A stretch of DNA of 64,000 nucleotides from Torpedo marmorata (lineage: Eukaryota), in NCBI GenBank assembly GCA_977017645.1, contig OZ360231.1:93062001-93126000 (forward strand), written 5' to 3'. Below, piece after piece: positions 50,313-61,129 of the stretch. The translations under genes and the position numbers were made by a program. Each line of letters begins with the position of its first letter. The first letter of the stretch is position 1. The notes under the pieces are model-generated. The model ran no database searches. It was not told the DNA's origin and saw only the letters and a program-made list of their open reading frames with translations.

Positions 50313-52661
50313 CTGTTAAGAAAACTCCATAGTCATTTTAATTTTTTTTAAATACAACTTTATCGATGTTAAAGTTTGGAAAATAGGCAATTTACATCTG
50401 TTCTACTCTAAATCCTATCAAGAAACAAAACTTCAATGTTAAAAGTTAAGCATAAGTACTCTATTAATTACTTGAGATTTGTGCATTTCCAATTTGTTAC
50501 CATTTCTGACAGGCTATATTAGAATGTTTCATTCCTATATTTTTTTCCTTTGGTTCTTTTCTTGACTACTTATTCTCATGGGCTACATGTGTTACAAATA
50601 CACTGGTCGAACCTCACCTGAGTTTGTAAAATTCAGTCCTTTAAATTAACCCAAGTGCAAGTACTGCGCTGACAAACAGGGCTGCATATCTGGAGTGAAC
50701 CATGGTTTCCCAGAACAGTGTTTGGGCAGTGAGATGAGTGCAGGTCACTGTTCCACAGGAGGCACCGAAGGGAAAGAGGAGGAGGCAGAGTTGAAAGGGA
50801 GATTCAAAACGTCCAGCAGTGAGGCGAGTGCTGGTTAGGTTCGGGTGAATATAAAAGGAGTGTGGGGTCTTGTCCAGGTGCTGCAACAGGTCATCACAGC
50901 CTCAAGATTTGGGGAATAGGTTTAGGATGGAGATGAGGAGGAATTGCTTTTCCCAAAGAGTAGTGAATCTGGAATTTTCTGCCAAGGAAGCAGTAGAGGC
51001 TAAGTCACAGAATCATACACCATGGAAACAGGCCCTTCAGCCAAACTTGCCCACGCTGACCAAAATAACCCATCCATACTAGTCTCACCCGCCTGCATTT
51101 GGCCCATTTAACTCTAAACCCAGATAGCGGAGTCAAGGGATATGGGGAGAAGGCAGGAACGGGGTACTGATTGTGGATGATCAACCATGATCACAGTGAA
51201 TGGCGGTGCTGGGTCGAATGGCCTACTCCTGAACCTATTGTTTACTGTCTATCCATGTATCCATCCAATTTGTTCTTAAACATTGCAATAGTACCTGCCT
51301 CAACCAGCTTCTGCAGCAGCCCATTACATACACCCATCATCCTCTGTGTAAAAAAACAAAACAAAAAAAAAACAACACAAAATTTACCCCTCAGGTTCCT
51401 GTTAAATCTCTCCCCACTCACGTTAAACCTATGTCCTCTGGTTACTGATTTCCCCTACTATGGGCAAAAGATTGTTTGTGTTTACCCTATCTATTCCTCT
51501 CGTGACTTTGTATACCTCCATGAAATCACCCCTCATCTTCCTGCACTCAAAGGAATAAAGCCCTAGCCTACTCAACTGTAGGTGGAGCTGAGTCCATGGC
51601 CAGATCGGCCATGATTTTATTGAATGACTGAGCAGACTCAATGGGCCAGATGGCCTATTCATGATCCTATTTCTTAGATTTTGTATAAATGGGTGTGACT
51701 TTTCAAATTAAGCAGGAAATGGGAGCACGTACAAAAATTCAAGAAATTGAAAATTATTCAGATTTTATTCAGATTGGAAAACCAAACTTTTATCAAAAAA
51801 AGTTGATGATAACATATAATATGAGAAACAAATATGGGATATTTTTGCAAATTTAGCGTCCATATATCCAATCATTAGGTATGAATATTTAAATGTGTTG
51901 CTCTACATCCGAGACCCTGTTGACTCTCTCAAAGTTAAAGAAGAAATATTGTTGAATGCCACGCGTCGAATCGTGGACCCAGCAGCGATCCGTGCAAATG
52001 TTTTTTTTAATAAGTAATACCAATGCCTTCCTTTCTGTTCTTTTTTAGTTTTTAGTAAGGGGAGGGAATTAAAGGGAGGGTTAGGGTGGAGTAGCAACAT
52101 TGAGGGTGGGTTAAGGGATGGGTTAGATACACTGTAATACAAATTGTTTTTTATTTACTGGAATTAATAATGTATATTACATATGTTGTACTACTGTGAG
52201 AAAATTCAAAATTTAAAATAAAATATTTTTTTAAAAAAAGTTGATGATTTACAGGAAAAATAATATTTTCTTGACCAATTAATTATAATATAGAATTTAA
52301 GTGTTTAACCTATAGCAACATTTAAAATTTAATGTGGAAATAAAATAAATGCTACTTCCACAGTACGAATGTAGAGACGAGAGTAATTTGTGCATACTCT
52401 AATTGAGATTAGAATTTATATTGAATTTATATTACGGAGCAGGAGATAGGGAGGGGTTGAGAGCAACTAGGTATGTGAACACAAACATTATGTAAGGAAA
52501 GGATTGAATCAGCTGTAATCCTCCAAATGGATAGCTCACTTGCACACACTGTCAAAATTAATTCATGAAACTGGAACGTGAATTCCACCTTTTGAACCCA
52601 GCAAAAGAACACTTTCTAAGGAGAAAACAATTGGAGTAAAAAAAAAAAATAAAAAAATTAC

Positions 52662-52773
52662 CTCAGTTGCAGGCTTGATTATTCTTTTTCCACTTAAATA
52701 TTGATTCTTGTAGTTCCCAGTATGTTGAAAGATCTTAAACACAAGGATAGGAGGAAATTCTTCTCCAGCAAAT
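52662..52773 (-). CDS. CXorf58: CXorf58 orthologue, coding exon
   Basis: cag|(R)FAGEEFPPILVFKIFQHTGNYKNQYLSGKRIIKPATE|gtaatt; 112 nt, phase 2 to 0. Confidence 0.88.
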
Positions 52774-52899
52774 CTGATGGAAAATAGGAAAATTGGATTC
52801 AGTAAATGCTGACAGACGCATTGGATAACAATGCTGGTGATATTTTGTTAAGAATTTATGAATAATGTGTTCTTGGTCCACCACTCAATGTTAGAACAA

Positions 52900-53912
52900 T
52901 CTGATGGCGGCGGCACGAGTAACTTGCAGCGGCTCCTCCGGGCTTGTGCATGTTTCATGTTAAGTTGAGAGCCGTGCACAATCAGTGACCAGTAGGATCG
53001 GATAAATGAAGCGTCGAGGAACTTCTTGAACACAACAACAGCACCGGGTGAGGTTCCAGGGCTGGGACTGTTTGACGGACCGGACTGATACTGCGGTAGT
53101 CGGCCTTCAATCCTCAGGGTCGAGTGGCGATGGCAGCCGAGGTGAGGATGCGATGCGAAGGCAGCTGAGGACGGTTCGGGGGACGGTGGCAGAGCGACCA
53201 GTTGGAGCTCGGAGGACGGGATTGGGACCTCTTCCACGCAAGTACTCACAGAAGTTCTGCAACTGAGAGGACTGGAGTACGCTGCGGAGACCAACGGGGG
53301 AGTTCGATGGTGAGGTCGGCTGGGGCACTGCGGGGTGCGATGTTGGAAGGAGACGGAGGCGACGTCGGCGGCCAAGGACTCAGTGGGGTTTTCCCCTTCT
53401 GGACATGGACGCAGGGCGCTGAACCCTACAGAACTCTGGGTTAAATGAACTGGGGGCAGTTCTGTGCTGTGTAGTTTTGTTGTGGCATCGAGCCTATTGT
53501 CCGACCCTACTGTTTGTAGTATTGTGGTCACTGTATAATAACGAGGGGGGGGGGTTATTCGTGTATGGGGTGTCCCTTGTGAATTATTGTGTGTTTAGTG
53601 CCGCGAGCGTGTTGAAGATGGCGGCGCTTGGATTGCGACGGCTTCTTGGCGGGTAAGCGGTTGGACCTGGTTGTTTGTTTTGTCTGGTGCCCATGCTGGC
53701 TGCTTGCCTGCTGGGGATGGTGGCGCGTTAATCCGCAGTGGCTTCCTCGACAGGTTGAGTGGTGGGCAGGGGCTGTTTTGGTTAGTCTTGTTTTGTTTGT
53801 CAGCAGGCATTGTCTTGGCCTTGTCTCGTGTTTTATGGGCACTGTCCGGGGAACTCAATTTCATTTTACTCTATGTAAGTAGTGTAAAATGACAAATAAA
53901 TGATTCTGATTC
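52900..53912 (+). mobile_element. GC/CpG-rich putative non-autonomous retroelement with a Rex1-type tail
   Basis: Starts gatggcggcggc and ends tgacaaataaatgattctgattc like the LINE tails elsewhere in the window; no RT homology seen. Confidence 0.5.
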
Positions 53913-54469
53913 ATTCCATAGCAGGAAAAGATCCTGTCTAATTGGTAGCACTGCAGTACAAAATGCAATTTGGTTACATTCTCATATCATAAAACATTTG
54001 AAGTTAAAAATATACAAGATATATTGAAAACAACAGGTTAAGGAACAGTTGCTACCCCTCCAACACCAGACTCTTAAACAACAGACTAAATCAGAGACTC
54101 ATTTAAGGACTCTTACTTTACACATTATTTATTACTGAATATTTATTTTTTCTGTATTGCACAGTCAGTTTGTTTACATTTCTTTGTTTACGTTTATCTC
54201 TTTTGTATACATATCTTTTTATCTTGAGTACAGTTTGCAGTTACCAATAAGAATTTCTGCCTGGCCTGCAGGAAAAAGAATCTCAGGGTTATGTCATGTA
54301 TGTACTCTGATAATAAATTTGAACTTTGAACAACGAACTACTTGTTGAACTATTGTTATAATCACTTGTACCACATTAAATTTTCAACTATGTACAAATA
54401 TTTTTGCATTCTCTTTTTTATATGGCAATGTAGCATTTCTTTTATTAAATAAATTCCCACAGAATTTAC

Positions 54470-54564
54470 CTGAATTTAACTTTATATGCCATTTTGGTAT
54501 CCTTCAGGAGCTCAGATTCAGAGGGTTGCAGCTTCCTTAAAATGTCCGTTGTCAGACAGTGTTC
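54470..54564 (-). CDS. CXorf58: CXorf58 orthologue, coding exon
   Basis: cag|EHCLTTDILRKLQPSESELLKDTKMAYKVKF(R)|gtaaat; 95 nt, phase 0 to 2. Confidence 0.85.
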
Positions 54565-55352
54565 CTGTAATAAAGGGTAACACTGATGAATTTAGACAGA
54601 TTTTGACACGAGCATATCTGAAAAAAAAATGCACTCATGCTCTAGGGATTATTACCAGTGACAAATCATGTAATAGAATGTGGATTAATTCTGAAATCAG
54701 AAATTATCAGTGATTTCTGGGAAGAAAGAACATTGAGGGATTTTTTTTTTGTTCCCAAAATATGACTTTAATTTAAAGTTGGAAGCAAGGTAGTGCAGCA
54801 GTTAGTGTTGCTGGTTCACAGCTCCAGGGATCTGGGTTCAAATCTGACATCTGTGTGGAGTTTGCACATTTTCCCTGTGATTGTGTGGGTTTCCACACAT
54901 TCTAAAAATGTGCTGATAGGATCATTGACTGCTGTAAATTATACCCTTCGTGGAGGTAAGTGACAAAGAAACCAAAGAGGAGCTGTTGGGCATGTGCAAA
55001 AGAATAAAATGTGAGGAAAAGGGAACAGAACTGATGGAATTGCTCTACCTGGATTCATTGGGCTGAATGGTCTCCTCTGTGATGTCAATTGTGGGAGATG
55101 GACATTTTTTTGTATGAGCATTGCTGGTTCTTGCCCAGATTGCTTTTATGACTTTTGTTGCTGATGATTAGGTGAGTGTCTTAAACATCTTATTGACAGT
55201 GATACATAATGCTGTCCTGCACTAATGCACCAGTTCTAAAAAAAAACATTGATGAACAGTAGGAAAATTAAAGATGAAAGGGAAGACTTCTCATTGTTAA
55301 TAGCCTGTTTTTTTTGGTTTTTTTTTTAAAGTAGCTATTCCTTTATACTTAC

Positions 55353-55452
55353 TGCGGCACAGATTGTGTGCTTGAGTAGGCGAAATATTTGTTTATTTCT
55401 ATAAGAAAACCATGAAGTCTGAATAATTCGAGCAGCAGAATCTGGATCAATT
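55353..55452 (-). CDS. CXorf58: CXorf58 orthologue, most 5' coding exon identified (IQ-like motif)
   Basis: cag|IDPDSAARIIQTSWFSYRNKQIFRLLKHTICAA|gtaagt; 100 nt, phase 2 to 0; upstream exon(s) not identified. Confidence 0.85.
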
Positions 55453-56664
55453 CTGAAACAAGGAAAGATCATCTGATTATAATGGACATTATTTATTGTC
55501 AAAATAGACAATACTTGAAAATTGACAGCTATGTTGGCAATAAGGCAATCAGAGTAATTGGGACTAGGTCAGCTGAGTGGTCTTGATGCACATGATCAGC
55601 CTAAACATTACTCAATGGCAGATAAGGCTAGAGGGTTCATAAGGCCCACTCCTACTGAAATCCTAAAGAAAAAAAACCACCTTATCAACCCTGCAAAACC
55701 CTCCTCAAAAACAGTGCAACCTTGATATAATATAGTGTCGGGGAACAATCTTCATGCCTGGATTATTAGCTACCTGTGTTATTAGTGAAACTAACATTCA
55801 TCTAATTATAGAACCCTCCTTTCTTTGAGTTATAGCACATAGCATAAACAGACAGTTTGAACAGGTTTCCCCAATGTCTGGCCATGCATTTTTTGTTCAA
55901 TCTCGATTACTGTATCCCACAGCCACAGTTTGTCATACAGATCCCCAATACTGATTATATTCCAGAATCAATTGCTTCTTTCTCAATACCACCATTGTCA
56001 GAGGGGCTTTCACATACTAAGATCTGTTACATTCTGCTGGGAATATTACTAGTTTCTAAGAAGACAAAGGAAGTTCAGCATGTCCCCTCTGTCCCTCAAC
56101 AACTTCTACAGGTGTACCAACAAAAGCATAATTACTGAGTGCATTACAACATGATACACTAGCTGCTTTCCTCAAATTTAGAAGAAACTACAGAAGGTAG
56201 TGAATGCAACTCAGATCACAACAAAAACTTTATTCCCCTCCCACAAGGAATGGGGTCAACATACTGAAAGACCAATCATACCCCAGACTCCTCCTCCTCC
56301 CTCCTCCCATTGGGGAGAAGGTTCGAGAGTGAAAATAGGCTCGAACAAGCTTAAAGACAAATTCTTCCATGCAGCTATGCACCTGAATAAGCCCCATAAC
56401 AGGGCTCTCATGGTGCCCTGCCTGATGGTAATTGATCTATAATCTGTAAATTGTGACAATATACGGCTGTATGTAATGCTAGAGATAACCTGTTGGTCTG
56501 TTCACAGAAGAACAAATCTCACTGTATTTTGTGACAAATAAACCTAAGCTTACTGTAACCCTGGAATAAAAATAAACATGGACTCTTCCGGGGACAGGTC
56601 CAACAGATATAGATTCCCATAATTCCACATTTGCCTATATTGGAACCTTTTCCACAATTTTGCC

Positions 56665-58700
56665 CACAGACTTTATCAAAACAGCTGTAGATGAGTGAGT
56701 TCCCGCCAAATCCTTCAGGGTTTTCCCCAACCAGAAGCCCTGGATGAACAATGAAATCCGGAACCTGCTGAGAGCCAGATCACAGGCATTTAAGTCCGGA
56801 GATCCAGATCAGTACAGTCGGAGCAGGTATAACCTGCGGAAAGCTATCTCCCGGGTGAAGTGGAGATTCCGGATGAAAATGGAAACAACAAGGGACACCC
56901 GACAGATGTGGCAGGGCCTAAATCCATAACCTGTTACAAAACCAAATCTGGTAAAGTAGCAGACGGCAAAGCTTTGCTCCCAGAGGAACTCAACGCCTTC
57001 TACGCCCGATTTGACGACAGTAACAGCGAAGAACCACCCCTCCGCATGCCCATGTCCCTTGATGATCCCATCCTGTCCGTATCTGAGGATGAAGTGCGTG
57101 CTGCCTTCAGGAGAGTGAATCCGAGGAAAGCATCTGGCCCGGATGGAGTACCTGGCCGAGTATTTAAAATATGTGCTGACCAACTTACCAATGTGTTCAC
57201 GGATATCTTCAATATCTCGCTCCAGCAGAGTGTGGTACCCACCTGTTTCAAACAGGTGTCAATCATTCCGATGCCCAAGAAGAGTGTAGTAACCTGCTTT
57301 AATGACTATCGACCAGTAGCACTTACATCAACAGTGATGAAGTGTTTTGAAAGGCTGGTGATGAAGCATATCAGCTCCTGTCTGAGCGGTGACATGGATA
57401 CATTCTAGTTCGCCTATCGTACTAACAGGTCTACGGCGGATACCATCTTACTGGCTGTACACAAAGCCCTGGAACACCTGGACAGCAAAGATGCATACAT
57501 CAGGATGCTCTTTATCGACTACAGTTTGGCATTTAACACCTCATCCCCTCAAAACTGATCAGCAAACTCCAAGATCTGGGAGTTAACACCCCACTGTGTA
57601 ATTGGATCATGGATTTCCTCACCTCCAGACCACAATCAGTGAAGATTGGTAAGAACATCTTCTCCACAATCTCCATCAGTACCGGAGCACCACAGGGCTG
57701 TGTTCTTAGCCCCCTGCTCTACTCACTTTACACCTACGACTGTGGTTCGGTACCACAATAACACCATCTACAAATTTGCCGATGATACCACGGTAGTGGG
57801 TTGTATAAAGGAAGGGGATGAGTCAGCATACAGGATGGAGATTAAAAACTGGTTGAATGGAGCACCAACAACAACCTTGCACTCAATGTCACCAAAACTA
57901 AGGAGCTGATTGTTGACTTCAGGAAAGGAAAGCCAGAGGTATACAATCCAGTGATTATTGGGGGATCAGAGGTGGAGGGGGTGATCAAATTTAAGTTCTT
58001 GGGAGTCACTATCTCAGAGGAAATTTCCTGGACCCAACACACCAATGCCATCGCGAAGAAAGCACGTCAGCCCCTCTACTTCCTCAAGAGTTTACGGAGG
58101 CTTGGTATGACACCAGAAACCATGGCAAATTTTTAGAGGTGTAGTGGAAAGTGTGCTGACCGGCTGCATCACGGTCTGGTATGGGGACTCCAATATCCCT
58201 GAGCGTAAAGCCCTCCAAAAGGTAGTGGATACAGCCCAGGACATCACAGGCAAAACCCTCCCCACTATTGAGAACATCTACAGGGAACGCTGCCGTCGGA
58301 GAGCAGCAGCAATCATCAAAGACCCACACCACCCAGCACACGCTCTGTTCTCGCTGCTGCCATCAGGAGAGAGGTATAGGTGCCACAAGATTCACACCAC
58401 CAAGTTCAGGAACAGCTGCTACCCCTCCATCATCAGACTCCTCAACAACAAACTCAATCAGGGACTCATTTAAGGGCTCTTACTTGTGCACTTTATTGGT
58501 TTTCTTTTTTATTCTCTCTGTATTGCACAGTTTGTTTACATTCGTTATCTGTTTACATTTCTTTATTTGTTTACATGTATACGCTGTGTACAGTTTATTT
58601 TTTGCACTTTTGTGGTAATTCGGCAGCGTCCGCAGGAAAAAGGAATCTCAGGGTTGTATGTGATGTCATGTATGTACTCTGACAATAAATCTGAAATCTA
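56665..58700 (+). mobile_element. Rex1-like LINE, 5'-truncated and frameshifted
   Basis: FPNQKPWMNNEIR, KASGPDGVPG, PVALTSTVMKCFERLV, KFADDTTVVG, KDPHHPAH; tail gacaataaatctgaaatct. Confidence 0.9.
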
Positions 58701-59308
58701 ATTTTATCTATTAGTTTTTCGGGTTAAACACAATCTAATGCTAAATTAGTAAAACTAGGGAACCTGCAATATATCTGTCTGAAGGTGGGGGGTCATGATA
58801 ATAACACAAAATGCTGGAGAAACTCAGCTGGTCAAACAGTGTCCTTTATGTAGCATAGGGGGTCATGATAATGCCCACACTATATCTAAAACTGCAATAT
58901 ATGTAGGTTATATCAAGAAGTATTGAAGGTAGTAAGGACACAGAATCTACTAGCTATAGGGAGCTTCTATTTACTGAAGGACTGCACCCTTATTACAAAT
59001 ATTAAACCACTGTTGCTTTGATGTTACTATCACTGACCAAACGAGCTTAGCCTTCAAGGATAAAGCTGCCAAACTGGGTCTGCAGTAGAGAACCAGCAGG
59101 AGGGAAAAATCTACCCATTGTAGTGTTAGCAAGAGACACTATTGCACGTCCTTATAAATACTGAATATTTGAGTGTTTTATGAGAACACTCTTCATTAAA
59201 ATGTGCAGCTCTGCTTATGTTGAACAGGTTAAATTCAGAACAGATTGTGGAAATAAAAGTCTGTCTCGTTTAGACTGATGTTGATTAATACAGCTTGATT
59301 AATGCTGA

Positions 59309-59791
59309 TGTTGGGATAGTTGCAGATACCCAAGAACAGTGGGGGCCTGGCAACGACAGCCTAGCTGATAAACTTCCATTAGCCCTGATTTCTCCAAAAT
59401 CATGTGACTTACAAAAATTAGGAGAACCAAAACTGTAGAAATACGTGAGGGGAGGGAGACATGTCTCTGTGATTGGTCCACAATATGATGCAACATGTAA
59501 ACGGACATTTCGTGCCTTAATGCTGATGGGATAATGTTTGCTACATAGGATGAGACTGTTTTGTGATTGGTTAATGTCAGATAGCGTTGGAGAATGTAAA
59601 CCCATCATTTGTGTGTTCGGGGAGCTCCTCGATCCTCTGTGGAGGTGACGGACCTCCCACAAGTTCGTGTATTGAATAAAGGGAATTGGCTGAAGAAGAC
59701 GAGTCCGTGTCCTTCATTCTTCAGGAGAGTAGACTATTGATAGAGATCTCACCCCAGAATCTGGGTGAGGTATGAGTACCAGTCCTCTACA
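59309..59791 (+). mobile_element. ERV 5' LTR (approximate 5' boundary)
   Basis: TGT...ACA termini; AATAAA at 59675-59680; immediately followed by a PBS-like sequence. Confidence 0.65.
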
Positions 59792-59795
59792 AATT

Positions 59796-59813
59796 TGGCA
59801 AGTCAGCCAACAG
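59796..59813 (+). promoter_or_regulatory. Degenerate tRNA-Arg primer-binding site
   Basis: tggcaagtcagccaacag matches the tRNA-Arg PBS tggcgagccagccaggag at 14/18 positions, 4 nt after the LTR end. Confidence 0.65.
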
Positions 59814-60169
59814 TCCAATATCTCGGTGAGACAGTGGAAGAAGGCCGATGGACTGCGGGGTTCCTCCGGTAGATAACTGGCCAAATTAGGATAAGGTGAA
59901 CAGATACGTTTTTCATTAAAGTCTGTGAAGGAGGCTCCGCGTGGTCCGGCGGTTCCTGGTTCAATCTTGTGTGAGTGACGGACTCCTGTGGGTGAGTATA
60001 ATTAAGAATTTAAAAATCAGGAGTCGTGTTGAGGAATGAACGGTTGAGAGATATATATTAAAATTTTGGGGTTTTAAGCGTGAAAAGTGGAATAATATGT
60101 GATTTGAGATGAAGAAGAGAATGAAAAAAGAGTTTTATCGGAAAAAAAATAAAATAGGGTGAATTGTGA

Positions 60170-60860
60170 GCTGTGGCTGCCACTGAACTAGCCCCACACA
60201 GGGTGAATCGTGAGTCATGACCACTGAACTAGCCCCACACAGGGTGAATCGTGAGTCGTGACCACTGAACTAGCCCAAGCAGGGTGAATCGTGAGTCATG
60301 ACCACTGAACTAGCCCCACACAGGGTGAATCGTGAGTCGTGACCACTGAACTAGCCCAAGCAGGGTGACTCATGAGTCGTGACCACTGAACTAGCCCCAC
60401 ACAGGGTGACTCGTGAGTCGTGACCACTGAACTAGCCCCACACAGGGTGAGTCGTGAGTCGTGACCACTGAACTAGCCCAAGCAGGGTGACTCATGAGTC
60501 GTGACCACTGAACTAGCCCCACACAGGGTGACTCGTGAGTCGTGACCACTGAACTAGCCCCACACAGGGTGACTCGTGAGTCGTGACCACTGAACTAGCC
60601 CCACACAGGGTGAGTCGTGACCACTGAACTAACCCAAGCAGGGTGAGTCGTGACCAGTGAACTAGCCCCTCACAGGGTGAATCGTGAGTCGTGACCACTG
60701 AACTAGCCCCACACAGGGTGAATCGTGAGTCGTGACCACTGAACTAACCCAAGCAGGGTGAGTCGTGACCAGTGAACTAGCCCCTCACAGGGTGAATCGT
60801 GAGTCGTGACCACTGAACTCGCCCAAGCAGGGTGAATCGTGGGCTGTGCCCACTGCTGAA
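60170..60860 (+). repeat. Tandem array of ~17 units (41/40 bp, with 33/34-bp variants) in the ERV leader
   Basis: Unit agggtgaatcgtgagtcgtgaccactgaactagccccacac; ccactgaact/ccagtgaact recurs 17 times from 60180 to 60810. Confidence 0.95.
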
Positions 60861-61129
60861 CTTGCTGTAGAAAAGAGGCAAACCATGAGCCACATGGAAG
60901 CTGTGAGCGAGGAGACGTACTCCCCAGAACCGTCTGCCACTGAACTAACCTCAAAAAAAATTTTAAAAAGAGTAGAAAGAAGAAAAAGAAAAAAAAAAGG
61001 AAGTAAAATAAAAGAGAACACAGAACAAGAAAGGGTTAAGGGGAATTTTTGGGGGGGGATAAAAGATACGTCAGAAGGCCTTGCACAATCGGGAGTAGGT
61101 GGGGGCTGATAACCTCAGTACATGATACA

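Noticed and set aside
52848-53531. 227-aa ORF on the - strand
   Set aside because: No recognisable domain; lies in a GC-rich repeat-like insert within a CXorf58 intron.
60170-60860. Regularly spaced ~41-bp repeats resembling a CRISPR array
   Set aside because: Units are head-to-tail with no unique spacers, there are no cas genes, and the context is a vertebrate ERV.
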